Shown here: piece after piece, positions 41,954 to 55,295 of the stretch
Layout of the letters: each line of letters starts with the position of its first letter
Position numbering within the stretch: the first letter of the stretch is position 1
NCBI GenBank assembly: GCA_963758295.1
Contig: CAVWUU010000004.1
Location: 480,001-544,000, forward strand
DNA length: 64,000 bases
From: Candidatus Eremiobacteria bacterium
GTDB lineage: Bacteria; Vulcanimicrobiota; Vulcanimicrobiia; Vulcanimicrobiales; Vulcanimicrobiaceae
Reading direction: 5' to 3'
Made by a program: the position numbers and the translations under genes
Notes under the pieces: model-generated
The model's database searches: none
Seen by the model: only the letters and a program-made list of their open reading frames with translations
What the model was told of the DNA's origin: nothing

Positions 41954-42655
41954 GTGTCCGTTTCGCCGATCGTCGAGCTGCGCCAATATACTTTGCATGC
42001 CGGCCGCCGCGATGAGTTGATCGAATTATTCGAGCGCGAGTTCATTGAACCGCAAGAAGCGGTGGGCGTAACGCTGATCGGGCAGTTTCGCGATCTCGAC
42101 AAGCCGGACCGATTCGTTTGGATACGCGGTTTTAAAAACATGACGGCTCGCGAAGCAGCGCTACGATCGTTTTACGGCGGACCGGTGTGGAAAGCACATC
42201 GAGAGGCGGCGAACGCCACAATGGTCGACTCGGACAACGTTCTCCTTCTCCGTCCGGCGAACGCGGAACAAGCGCTTACGCCATCCGCGAATGGTGCGTT
42301 GGGCGGCCTCATTGTCGCGAGCATCTACTACATCGATGCGACGCATGAGCGAGACGTCGTTGCAACCTTCGACCGCTTGATCCGACCGGCATTGGAAGAA
42401 ACCGGCGCAACGGTTCTGCCGTCGCTCGTGACCGAAGGGAGCGAAAATACGTTTCCGGCGCTTCCCGTACGAGAGAACGAGCACGTCTTTGTGACGATGT
42501 CGCGCTTTGATAGCGAAGGCGCATACGAACAGCATGTGGCATTGCGTGCCGCCTCTGCCGCATGTCACGAAGCGTCGCAGCACCTTGCCGGGTTCTTACT
42601 CCGGCCAATCGAAACAGTGCGCCTAGCGCCGACCGCGCATTCCCGCCTACGATAA
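41954..42655 (+). CDS. NIPSNAP family protein
   Basis: VELRQYTL...FYGGPVWK...DSDNVLLL; AAGGAG SD before GTG. Confidence 0.85.
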   Translation: MSVSPIVELRQYTLHAGRRDELIELFEREFIEPQEAVGVTLIGQFRDLDKPDRFVWIRGFKNMTAREAALRSFYGGPVWKAHREAANATMVDSDNVLLLRPANAEQALTPSANGALGGLIVASIYYIDATHERDVVATFDRLIRPALEETGATVLPSLVTEGSENTFPALPVRENEHVFVTMSRFDSEGAYEQHVALRAASAACHEASQHLAGFLLRPIETVRLAPTAHSRLR

Positions 42656-42666
42656 GGAGAACGATC

Positions 42667-43158
42667 GTGTCAAAACACGTTGCCGAAATTTACTGGGAAC
42701 GCGGCGAAAGCGTGTTCTCCGACAATCGATACAGCCGCGGACACCACTGGAGTTTCGATGGGGGCGCCGTCGTCAGAGCGTCAAGCTCACCGGACGTCGT
42801 TCGCCTTCCGTTTTCCGATCCGGCCGGCGTGGATCCCGAAGAAGCACTCGTGGCCTCGATTTCGAGTTGCCATATGCTCGTGTTCTTGAGCCTTGCTGCT
42901 AGAGCCGGTTTCGTCGTCGATTCGTACAAAGATTCAGCGGTCGGCGAAATCGACAAGAACGTGGCCGGGAAGCCGTGGGTCGCCCGCGTCGTTCTCCATC
43001 CGCACATCACGTTCTCCGGCGCCAGGGTCCCGACGGACGAAGCCATCGAGCAGCTCCATCATGCGTCGCATGAAGATTGCTTCATCGCGCACTCCGTGCT
43101 AACGGCGATTTTCGTTGAGGGAACCTGGACGCACGCGGCGGCGGCCGCATCTCACTGA
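42667..43158 (+). CDS. OsmC family protein
   Basis: DPEE...SSCHML...HEDCFIA; AAGGAG SD. Confidence 0.88.
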   Translation: MSKHVAEIYWERGESVFSDNRYSRGHHWSFDGGAVVRASSSPDVVRLPFSDPAGVDPEEALVASISSCHMLVFLSLAARAGFVVDSYKDSAVGEIDKNVAGKPWVARVVLHPHITFSGARVPTDEAIEQLHHASHEDCFIAHSVLTAIFVEGTWTHAAAAASH

Positions 43159-43177
43159 CGAACGCTGCAAAACCCTT

Positions 43178-43949
43178 GTCGCCCTGAGCTTGTCGAAGGG
43201 CAGACGAATCCGGGGTGTCGCTGGTATCCGCCTGTCCTTCGACAAGCTCAGGATGACGGGGGGACAACGTCATGTCGAGTATACGCTCGTCCTTCGACAC
43301 GCTCACGATGACGAAACACAACGTCATGGTGAGCTTGTCGAACCAGAGGCGCATCCGGGGCAATGCGGATATGCGCTCGTCCTTCGACAAGCTCAGGATG
43401 ACGGGGGACAACCGTCATGGTGAGCTTGTCGAACCAGAGGCGCATCCGGGGCGATGCGAAGATGCGCGCGTCCTTCGACAAGCTCAGGATGACGGGGGGA
43501 CAACGTCATGGTGGGCGTGTCGAACCGGAGGCGCATCCGGGGCGATGCGAAGATGCGCTCGTCCTTCGACGAGCTGAGGATGACAAAGGGACAACGTCAT
43601 GGTGAGCTTGTCGAACCAGAGGCGCATCCGGGGCAATGCGAAGATGCCGTCGTCCTTCGACAAGCTCAGGATGACGAAACACAACGTCATGGTGAGCTTG
43701 TCGAACCAGAGGCGCATCCGGGGCGATGCGAAGATACGCGCGTCCTTCGACAAGCTCAGGATGACGGGGGGACAACGTCATGGTGGGCGTGTCGAACCAG
43801 AGGCGCATCCGGGGCGATGCTGATATGCGCTCGTCCTTCGACAAGCTCAGGATGACAGGGGGACAACGTCATGGTGAGCTTGTCGAACCAGAGGCGCATC
43901 CGGGGCGATGCTGATATGCGCTCGTCCTTCGACAAGCGCGTGACGGGGG
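43178..43949. repeat. Tandem array of about 91-bp REP/REPIN-like palindromic units (9 units, one internally deleted)
   Basis: GTCATggTGAGCTTGTCGAA...TTCGACAAGCTCAggATGAC units starting 43178, 43269, 43323, 43414, 43505, 43596, 43686, 43777, 43868. Confidence 0.92.
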
Positions 43950-44510
43950 TCAGGTTTTAGAGCAAGTTTCGGCGGCGTGAACGACGCGCCCGGAAGTCTC
44001 CGTGAACGTCGTGGTCATGGTTTTTTTCGTATCGCTGACCTTTGACATGACTTCGGGCGCATAAGACGCAACGTTGGGTGACCTGCTTTGAATGGCGAAC
44101 GTGTACGTCTTCTTTCCGGACATCGGCTCGGGCGCGGTTGCGACGGAATAACCCCCCAATTCGCCCATGACGATTCGCACCCACCGTTTCGAATACGGGT
44201 CGAACGTATACTTCGTTTGTGACTTGATTTCGCGCGGAATCCATGAGGCCGTATGAACGGTTAGGTCGCGAACGAGCCAATATCCCGAGGGGTCCATTGA
44301 ATACACTTCAGTCGTTTTGAACGGACCAGGACGGCGCGAACTCACATCGGTGCAAGTCCACGTTCCGATGAGAAATTGCATGGAAGAGAAGTCCGGCTTT
44401 GGAGGCACGGGCGGCGGCGTACCCTCGATGTTCGTAGCGGCGATCGCACTCGCGCAGGCGACGAACACCAACCCACCCAGGGCACAGAAGAAACGGCGAG
44501 AAGCTCGCAT
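43950..44510 (-). CDS. Secreted hypothetical protein (beta-rich)
   Basis: Signal peptide, FLIGTWTC motif, AGGAGG SD. Confidence 0.75.
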   Translation of the reverse strand: MRASRRFFCALGGLVFVACASAIAATNIEGTPPPVPPKPDFSSMQFLIGTWTCTDVSSRRPGPFKTTEVYSMDPSGYWLVRDLTVHTASWIPREIKSQTKYTFDPYSKRWVRIVMGELGGYSVATAPEPMSGKKTYTFAIQSRSPNVASYAPEVMSKVSDTKKTMTTTFTETSGRVVHAAETCSKT

Positions 44511-44584
44511 TGGCTAAGCCCTCCTTACAAGATACCCCTTTTCGAACGCAACGCCGCCAATGCCTAGGAGTACGTTGGTACGGA

Positions 44585-45118
44585 CTACGGCGTCCGCGCT
44601 TTATGAATCTCCGCGAGGGCCTCCAGGCGTAGTTCCATTGCGTCGATCACGATGTCTGCAAGACGCTGAAGAATGTCGGCTTGTTGCGGCGAGAACATGC
44701 GTGGCTCTTTATCGATCACGCACAGCGTCCCCAACCGATGTCCACCCGACGTGCGCAGTGAGGCGGCAGCGTAAAACTGCAGTCCGAAAGAACCGCGAAC
44801 CAGCGGATTGGCGAGCGTGCGGGGATCCTGCCGCGCTTCCTCCACGATATAGGGCGTGTCCTGAAGGACGGCCGAAGCGCAAAGTCCAGGATCGCGGCCG
44901 ATCTCTTCGACGCCGTCAATGCCGTAGCGGGACTTGAACCAAATCCGATCTTCGTCGACGAGCGTCACGAGGGCGATGGGTACGTCGAAGAGTTTCGCCG
45001 CGAGTTCCGTAATGCGGTCGAACGCTCCGTCGCGCGGCGTGTCGAGAAGATTAAAACGGCGAAGCTCCGCGAGGCGTGCTGCTTCTTGTGTCGGATCGAT
45101 AAGAAGATCAGTTGACAA
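44585..45118 (-). CDS. Stand-alone GAF domain protein
   Basis: EAARLAEL...LLDT...FDRIT...WFKS...GTLCVID. Confidence 0.85.
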   Translation of the reverse strand: MSTDLLIDPTQEAARLAELRRFNLLDTPRDGAFDRITELAAKLFDVPIALVTLVDEDRIWFKSRYGIDGVEEIGRDPGLCASAVLQDTPYIVEEARQDPRTLANPLVRGSFGLQFYAAASLRTSGGHRLGTLCVIDKEPRMFSPQQADILQRLADIVIDAMELRLEALAEIHKARTP

Positions 45119-46604
45119 ATCGTTTCTCCATGCTCTTGAGTTTCAACGTTACTCGAGTGTGACTTCCGCCTCCGGCTCTCGGCTCTACGCTGAAGCGTTC
45201 GGCAAAATTTGAAATCAAAAAGAGCCCGCGGCCGCCTTCTGCAAAGAGATCGTTAGGAAGTTGGGGAGCGCAGTAAAATCCCTGCCCTTTGTCTAGCACG
45301 TGCAGCACCGGTAATTGCGCGCATTGTAGGATAAACGTTACCGTGCCGGGCGCATGACGTTTGATATTTGCAATAAGCTCGGCAAAAATCATTCGAAAGT
45401 TAAAGAGAGCGCCTTCCTCAATACCGGCCTCAGTTATCAGATGCGATTCTATCTCCGCTCGAGCTCGAAGCGCCACGTCGCTCCATTGTGGATTGAAGCG
45501 CCAACGAAGTATCGGCGCATGTTCGTCTACCGCCACTGAAAGCATTGCAACGTCGTCTCGGGCGTGCAGGGGCAACAGCGTATTGTAGAGATACGTGGCA
45601 ATGCTTCCACCGGTCGGATCGACGGTTGCGAAGGCTTCGTATAGAGCGCGCTCGCCGGCAATGACGTCTTGTGAGTGCTCGATGAGGCCGTCGGTGTAGG
45701 CTAAGAGTACGGAGCCCGAAGGTAGCGACGTGGCCTGGGCCTCAAAGTCGGTATCGAAGTCGAACGGTAAGCCGATCGGCGGTACGCAGGCGCGCAAGGC
45801 TCGTATTTGCCCGTCCTCTTCACGAATGAGCGGAGACGGATGGCCGCAGTTCACGTACGTAAGAATCTGCGTTGCCGGATCCACGACGCCCACGACGAGC
45901 GTGGCGAAGCGTTCGGGATGCTGCGTTCGCATGATGCGGTCGGCAGCTCTAACCATCAACACCGGATTTGCGTACACCTCGGCAACGCCGCGGATGGCTT
46001 GACGCACGGCGAGCATCGCTACGGCGGCATGCAATCCCGAGCCGAGCACGTCACCGACCGATATGACGATCCGGCCGTCGGCCGTCGTAAAGACATCGTA
46101 CCAGTCACCGCCGACTTGCGCCTCGGCCCGGCCTGCTTGATATACCGCATCAAGCCGGTAACCTTGAATCGCAGGTAATTCGGTCGATAAGGCCGCGTGT
46201 TGAAACGCCCAAGAGACATTACGCTCCCGTTCGAAACCTGCAACAATGCCCATGATCGTTGCAGCTCTTTCGCACAACACCACAGCGAAGGCGCGTGCGG
46301 ATTGTTGAGCGGGACTAAGAAACAGCGAGCCGATCGTGAAGCCGTCGTCGATCACCGTGTAGGCTATCGGGGCATGCGCCAACTCACCGGCTACTTCGAC
46401 ACTCCTGCCCGCCAAGGCGTCTGACGGCACAAAGCCCGCACCGGTTGCGTGCGCCGGAACGCAGAAAGAGCACCAGGATCGCACGCAGTCTGCCAGGGAC
46501 TTACAGCGGCTCAGGCGATCGAGCATCGCGTCCAAAACGGCAAACTCGGCGCGCGTCAGAGATTGAACCTCTGCGCGATCGTGCGCCCCGGCGGGCTGAT
46601 ACAT
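45108..46604 (-). CDS. SpoIIE/PP2C phosphatase with C-terminal HATPase_c (anti-sigma-like) domain
   Basis: VGGDWYD, GDVLGSG, YTDGL, DDVA; then ELIAN...EGGRGLFL. Confidence 0.85.
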   Translation of the reverse strand: MYQPAGAHDRAEVQSLTRAEFAVLDAMLDRLSRCKSLADCVRSWCSFCVPAHATGAGFVPSDALAGRSVEVAGELAHAPIAYTVIDDGFTIGSLFLSPAQQSARAFAVVLCERAATIMGIVAGFERERNVSWAFQHAALSTELPAIQGYRLDAVYQAGRAEAQVGGDWYDVFTTADGRIVISVGDVLGSGLHAAVAMLAVRQAIRGVAEVYANPVLMVRAADRIMRTQHPERFATLVVGVVDPATQILTYVNCGHPSPLIREEDGQIRALRACVPPIGLPFDFDTDFEAQATSLPSGSVLLAYTDGLIEHSQDVIAGERALYEAFATVDPTGGSIATYLYNTLLPLHARDDVAMLSVAVDEHAPILRWRFNPQWSDVALRARAEIESHLITEAGIEEGALFNFRMIFAELIANIKRHAPGTVTFILQCAQLPVLHVLDKGQGFYCAPQLPNDLFAEGGRGLFLISNFAERFSVEPRAGGGSHTRVTLKLKSMEKRFVN

Positions 46605-46668
46605 CGAGACGGATTTTTCCCATGCACGCACTGCCTGAAACTCGCTTGCTCCGGGCGGGACTGATTCG

Positions 46669-46702
46669 AAAAAAAAGCCCGGCGATATTTCGCCGGGCTT
46701 TT
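46669..46702 (-). terminator. Intrinsic (bidirectional-type) terminator after rpoC
   Basis: AAAAAAAAGCCCGGCGA-tatt-TCGCCGGGCTTTT. Confidence 0.85.
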
Positions 46703-46717
46703 CTGTTGTAGTGAGGA

Positions 46718-50503
<3,786 letters not shown>

Positions 50504-50694
50504 GGTTACTCCGTATGAGTACGGTGCCGAAGTCTCCAGCCTACGCAGGGCGCATGTCTCACGTTGTCTCGTAAGCAGTCCCACCGTCGCCGGTCACTTT
50601 TGACCCCGGGAAAGCACAAACGCACACAAAAGGACATGGCTCGTCAGCCTTCCTTAGTATGCAAAGTTCTTCTAGGGTCGGGGCACAGACCGGA

Positions 50695-50723
50695 ATTATA
50701 CCACGACCGCCCCTCCATGTCAC
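50695..50723 (-). promoter_or_regulatory. Sigma70 promoter for rpoC
   Basis: GTGACA-17 nt-TATAAT with extended TG. Confidence 0.7.
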
Positions 50724-50732
50724 CACGCGCAC

Positions 50733-50755
50733 CGTCATCCAGAGCCTGTCGAGCG
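50733..50755. repeat. Degenerate single arm of the REP-like element
   Basis: CGTCATCCAGAGCCTGTCGAGCG resembles GTCATCCTGAGCTTGTCGAAGG. Confidence 0.45.
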
Positions 50756-50850
50756 GCCGGCGCGCATCGCGGAGCGTTCGCTCGTGCAGCAGAGCTACCA
50801 AGGCGCCAACCGGCTAGCTCCCCAGCTGGCTGGCCTGACGTATAATGCGG

Positions 50851-51102
50851 TTACAAATGCTGCAGCTTTGAAAGATCCGAGGCGACGTCTCGGTACAACG
50901 TGCGGGTAGCCTGTGCCAATATCTCAAGCACCCGAAAGAGGGCGTCACCCGAAATCGTTATGGCTTGCCAGTCGACCGCCGCGTGACGATGTACGAGCGC
51001 GTAGGTGTCATTGCCTATGTCGAAAATCGCAAATTCGCCTGATTCTGCGATCAACGTTGCGCGATCGAGTACCGTGGCATCGATGCCGGTCACCAGTTTC
51101 AT
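50851..51102 (-). CDS. Hypothetical protein (83 aa)
   Basis: AGGAGG SD before ATG, directly after the oxidoreductase gene. Confidence 0.6.
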   Translation of the reverse strand: MKLVTGIDATVLDRATLIAESGEFAIFDIGNDTYALVHRHAAVDWQAITISGDALFRVLEILAQATRTLYRDVASDLSKLQHL

Positions 51103-51115
51103 ACGTGCCTTCCTC

Positions 51116-52861
51116 CTAGATGTACGGCAAGAGGTCGAAGTATTCTTGATCTTCGTTGGATCCGCCGTAGCCTTCGCCGATGTTCTTCTCGGTCTCAACG
51201 AAGCGAATCTCGCGAATCCATTTAACCATTTTGAAACCGAGCTGGTTTTCGACCCGTAAGCGTATCGGCGCGCCGTGCCCGCGCGAAAGCGGCGCGTCGT
51301 TCATCTCGTAGGCAAGAAGGCACTCTGGCTTCGCAACATCCTGCATCCGTTGGGTGTCGTAGTAAGTCCCTCCAAATGTGCCTTCGCCGAACGAGATAAA
51401 CTGGACGACCCGGGCGCTCGGCAGCGGTTTCACTAGCTCGATAAGGCGCACCATGGAAATGCCTCCCCACTGCGCGATTCCGCTCCAACCTTGAATGCAG
51501 TGATGCAACGACACGTGTTCATCGTGTCCGATTGCGCGGATCTCGGCGATGCTCAACTCGACTGGATTTTCAACACACCCGGTGACGCGCAGGCGATAGC
51601 CGCGAAACTCGTCGGCCGCGAGATGGCTCCATTCATCGCTATCAGGCAGCCGGCCGTTCAGCCAGAAATATGGCGAGACGTCGCTGCGAGTATAGCGTTC
51701 GGCGGGGTTAAAGCGGGGGCAGGCCGCCATGGCGCGCTCGAGCGGGAAGATGAGCGCTTTGTGCGCGCGCTGGATCAAACGCGGGTACTTCCACGCGACC
51801 ACGTGTGCGACAAACCACGAGACGACCACTACACCCAAGCCAACGCAGCCAAGGATGAGTCCGAGCGGGTGCGTGTCGTCGGTGCCCAAAACGATGTGGT
51901 TAAAATTTCGCTGCGCTCCGGTTGAAAAAACAAGGCTTACGTGCACGACCGTAAAGACGGCGTATCCACACAGAAGCAAGAAATGGACCGAGCGGGCACC
52001 TTGACGGCCTCCGAATATCCGTGGATACCAAGGAAAAGCGTTGTCGATTGCGGGCGACATCGCAATACCCGTCAGGATGGAAAGCGGCGCCAATATGAAG
52101 ACGACGCCGAAGTACGAAAGCTGCTGGAGCGCGTTGTACGCGTAGAAGCCGTTCGGCTCGACGGGTAAGTGAACTGTCGCATACTGCGCAAACGTCTGCC
52201 ATGCGTACGGAAGAATGGCCCACGACGTAGGGATCAAGCGCGGCCACCGTCCGCTTAGGAAGAGCATGGCGATATAGACCACACCCGTGAAGACAAAGCC
52301 GTAGTCCGTAACAAAATGCCATGATCTTCCCATTCCGGGCGTGTGCTTGTAGCCGGGCAACGCGATGAGCGGCGAAATGTAGCGAGCGTCGTCTCTCGCG
52401 GTCCACACACGGTCTGTCGGAATATCATTCGGCGTAAAGCGCAACCAATCTGTTCCGGGCGTGCAATGGTCGTTCCAGTACAGTCGTGGATGGTCCATAA
52501 GGATCGATAAGCCACTGCGTATCAGCAGAGCAAGGAAGAACAAAGTCGCAAAGTGTGTCCAGCGAACCCATATCGGAAAGCCGCTCTGCGCCCCGCTTGC
52601 CGTGACCGCGGGGACGTTGTCCAGCGGTGCTAATTTGGAGTGGATCCCAAAGATCAGTACTTGCAACCAAGCCAGCACGATTGGCACCGCGATCATCACT
52701 GCGAGCCAAATGATGCATCGCAGCGACGTAATGGCGACCATGCGACGATCGTCGGGCACATGAAGTTTTCGATGCGCTTGGTCAAAAACGAACATTTGCG
52801 TCGTACTCGAAGAGCAAATCATAGCGCACGGGGACGGCACGTACCCCAAAAGCGCCGTCAT
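51116..52861 (-). CDS. Molybdopterin-dependent oxidoreductase (MsrP/sulfite oxidase family) fused to cytochrome b-like domain
   Basis: TM domain with His; HCIQGWS, LAYEMND, HGAPIRL and GFKMVKW motifs; start uncertain. Confidence 0.85.
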   Translation of the reverse strand: MTALLGYVPSPCAMICSSSTTQMFVFDQAHRKLHVPDDRRMVAITSLRCIIWLAVMIAVPIVLAWLQVLIFGIHSKLAPLDNVPAVTASGAQSGFPIWVRWTHFATLFFLALLIRSGLSILMDHPRLYWNDHCTPGTDWLRFTPNDIPTDRVWTARDDARYISPLIALPGYKHTPGMGRSWHFVTDYGFVFTGVVYIAMLFLSGRWPRLIPTSWAILPYAWQTFAQYATVHLPVEPNGFYAYNALQQLSYFGVVFILAPLSILTGIAMSPAIDNAFPWYPRIFGGRQGARSVHFLLLCGYAVFTVVHVSLVFSTGAQRNFNHIVLGTDDTHPLGLILGCVGLGVVVVSWFVAHVVAWKYPRLIQRAHKALIFPLERAMAACPRFNPAERYTRSDVSPYFWLNGRLPDSDEWSHLAADEFRGYRLRVTGCVENPVELSIAEIRAIGHDEHVSLHHCIQGWSGIAQWGGISMVRLIELVKPLPSARVVQFISFGEGTFGGTYYDTQRMQDVAKPECLLAYEMNDAPLSRGHGAPIRLRVENQLGFKMVKWIREIRFVETEKNIGEGYGGSNEDQEYFDLLPYI

Positions 52862-53379
52862 AATTACGTCGGACGTCTCGTCCCAGACTGTAGTACCTCA
52901 CAGTCATTCGCGTTAGCAATAGCAGGTCAACTCTACCGAGTGGTCGCTGATGAAGGACGCACGAGCGGCGAAAGCACGGAGATTTGATCGAGCTTTGAAC
53001 ATGATGGTATTTGCGGTAGGCTTTTCGCCGGGCGATACGGTCAGATCGGTCCACACCATCGAATTCGGCCCCCCGCATAGTCGGCTGATGCCCTATCTGT
53101 CTTACGGTTTTCAGAACTCGGGTTCATCAAGGCCGTCACCAGGCGCTTTCGATCGGACTTTCGTGACGAAGTCGCGCGCGAGCCCACCCTCATTTTCCAA
53201 GCCGGCAAGAGCGTCTTCCAACGCTTCGGCTTCTTCGCGTTCCATGGAACCTAAACCGATCTGGGCCTATCGACGCGTCCCGAGTGCCGACAGTCCCACA
53301 ACCATTATACATACCAGGCATTCCCAGAAATAAGAAAGAGAGCGCGTAGCGCTCCCTTTCGTTTTCGGCATGCCTGTTT

Positions 53380-53826
53380 CTACGCGCTGACGGTCGCGGA
53401 CATGCGATGCGGGATCGAGCGGCCTTCCTCGAGGTCGAGAAGGTCCGGCCATGTCCTCACGTCTTTACGATCGGGAGCGATCTTGTCCCGCAATTGGTTG
53501 AAATGCTCCAAGGACTCACCCGACGGTGTTTGCGTTAGACAGAGCTTATTAAACTCACCGATCTGCTGCGGCGTCTTTTTCGCAAGGAACCCCTTGACGT
53601 AATTCTCGATCTCGGAATCCTGCTTCGCATTGGTAACGACTTTGAGATACTCAACGTCATTCATCCCGAGGAAATCGAACAGGCCTTTATCCATCGAGGA
53701 ATTATATTCGTATTCGCCGATGGTGCCGTGCGCTGCGGCTTGCGCTTTATCGGTCGTGCGGCCGAGTTGCACAATCCCGAGGAATTTGTCGCGAACGCTG
53801 CGCGGCGTGCCTTTGGTCAGATCCAT
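53380..53826 (-). CDS. DUF5069-family protein
   Basis: DLTKGTPRS...GRTTDKA...GEYEY...DLLDLEEGR. Confidence 0.75.
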   Translation of the reverse strand: MDLTKGTPRSVRDKFLGIVQLGRTTDKAQAAAHGTIGEYEYNSSMDKGLFDFLGMNDVEYLKVVTNAKQDSEIENYVKGFLAKKTPQQIGEFNKLCLTQTPSGESLEHFNQLRDKIAPDRKDVRTWPDLLDLEEGRSIPHRMSATVSA

Positions 53827-53956
53827 ATGGTTTTCTTTTCTGTAAATCACGAGTGCGTTTAAATGAGCACTTGTGCATTCGTAGTGACGTCCGCCACACC
53901 ACGATAAGTTGCACTCGCATCGAGAAAAGAAAAAGTCAATAAATACCAGGTGTTTT

Positions 53957-54340
53957 TCAATGATTGGACGACGTCAAGCGCTCGCCGTGCGACGGAGCCG
54001 GCCCAATCGCCGCGCGCTCGTAACACATACTATCTACGATCTTTACAGCTGAATGGAACGACTCGGCCAGAACCTGTCCGATCTTCTGATTCCATTGCGA
54101 CTGGGCCCACGCGTGCCGCGTCTGCCAGCGCGTAACGATAATAACGCTCGTCTCGTCATCCGCCTCTAATATCTGCGCATCGAGAAAGCCCGGTAGACCC
54201 GCTACGTCGTCCCGGAGGTGTTGCGCCGCGCGCTCTGAGAATTCGCCGCTCTCGTTTGGATTCAAGGTCGCCGCCAACAGATAAACGACGGTTCCGTCTT
54301 TGCCGCTGCTGCGATCGCTCGGAAATTGCTCGGCCATCAA
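53957..54340 (-). CDS. ABM-like protein
   Basis: LPGFLDA...IVTRW; AAGGAG SD. Confidence 0.65.
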   Translation of the reverse strand: MMAEQFPSDRSSGKDGTVVYLLAATLNPNESGEFSERAAQHLRDDVAGLPGFLDAQILEADDETSVIIVTRWQTRHAWAQSQWNQKIGQVLAESFHSAVKIVDSMCYERAAIGPAPSHGERLTSSNH

Positions 54341-54371
54341 TTACTCCTTGTTCTGCGGAATCCGGATAGAC

Positions 54372-55169
54372 TCAGGCCGGTACCTTTGCGCCGTTTGACG
54401 ACGCCTCGCTCGCATTGCTTTGCATGATCTGCAGGAACGGCTTGATGAGGTCGATCGGCATCGGGAAAACGATGGTGGAGTTCTGCTCGCCACCGACTTC
54501 GGTAAGCGTTTGCAAGTAGCGCAGCTGCATTGCCGACGGGTCTCTTGAAAGAATTTGCGCTGCATTGAGCAGGGTCTGCGCGGCTTGAAATTCCGCTTCC
54601 GCGTGAATAACCTTTGCGCGCCGGTCACGCTCCGCTTCGGCTTGCTTTGCGATCGAACGGATCATGTTTTCGGTGAGGGTTACTTCGCGAATCTCGACGC
54701 TGATAACTTTGATACCCCAAGATTCGGTTTGCACGTCCAGCGTTTTCTGGACGTCGGCATTGAGCTCGTCGCGTTTGGCGAGCATCTCATCGAGTTCATG
54801 CTGTCCAAGGACCGAGCGAAGCGTCGTTTGCGCGAGCATATTCGTAGCACCCAGGAAGTTTTCGACTTGGATGATCGCCCTTTCTGCATCTACCACACGG
54901 AAATACAGTATGGCATCGACCTTCAGCGAAACATTATCTCGCGAGATTACATCTTGAGCGGGCACTTCCATGACCACAGTGCGCAAATCAACTCGCACGA
55001 TTTGCTGAACAAGCGGAATGATAAGAATGAGCCCCGGACCCCTGACGGCTTCAAAGCGTCCGAGACGAAAAACGACGGCGCGTTCATACTCGCGGAGAAT
55101 CTTTACGCTCGAAAAGAGCAATATCAACGCGATTACGTAGAGCGGCACGAACAATAGCGATAGAAACAT
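54372..55169 (-). CDS. SPFH/stomatin (slipin) protein
   Basis: EYERAVVFRLG, AQTTLRSVLG and QLRYLQTL motifs. Confidence 0.92.
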   Translation of the reverse strand: MFLSLLFVPLYVIALILLFSSVKILREYERAVVFRLGRFEAVRGPGLILIIPLVQQIVRVDLRTVVMEVPAQDVISRDNVSLKVDAILYFRVVDAERAIIQVENFLGATNMLAQTTLRSVLGQHELDEMLAKRDELNADVQKTLDVQTESWGIKVISVEIREVTLTENMIRSIAKQAEAERDRRAKVIHAEAEFQAAQTLLNAAQILSRDPSAMQLRYLQTLTEVGGEQNSTIVFPMPIDLIKPFLQIMQSNASEASSNGAKVPA

Positions 55170-55242
55170 CGGAGCCCCCTTCGCATGCTTAGACGCTGGC
55201 GGCTCAACGAAATGCGGCGCGGGCGCAAACTGCGGTATCACA

Positions 55243-55284
55243 ATCGTAGCCCTGACGCGTCTTAAGTGGTATCCTGGAATACCC
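55243..55284 (-). promoter_or_regulatory. Near-palindrome GGTATTC-CA-GGATACC plus -10 TACGAT, candidate LuxR-activated promoter
   Basis: Same box-to-(-10) spacing (18 nt) as at 27193-27234; directly downstream of a LuxR gene. Confidence 0.45.
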
Positions 55285-55295
55285 GGAACGTCGAG

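Noticed and set aside
43082..43855. Repetitive ORFs across the first array (also 61324-62106 across the second)
   Set aside because: Translations of palindromic repeats; the 91-bp period breaks frame, and the 186-bp frame is broken by indels and has no clear SD
52940..52985. CTGATGA...GAAA hammerhead-like core
   Set aside because: Stem II is mismatched and stems I and III cannot be formed
53850..53920. GAGTGC/GCACTC half-sites as a CIRCE element
   Set aside because: Wrong orientation and spacing for TTAGCACTC-N9-GAGTGCTAA
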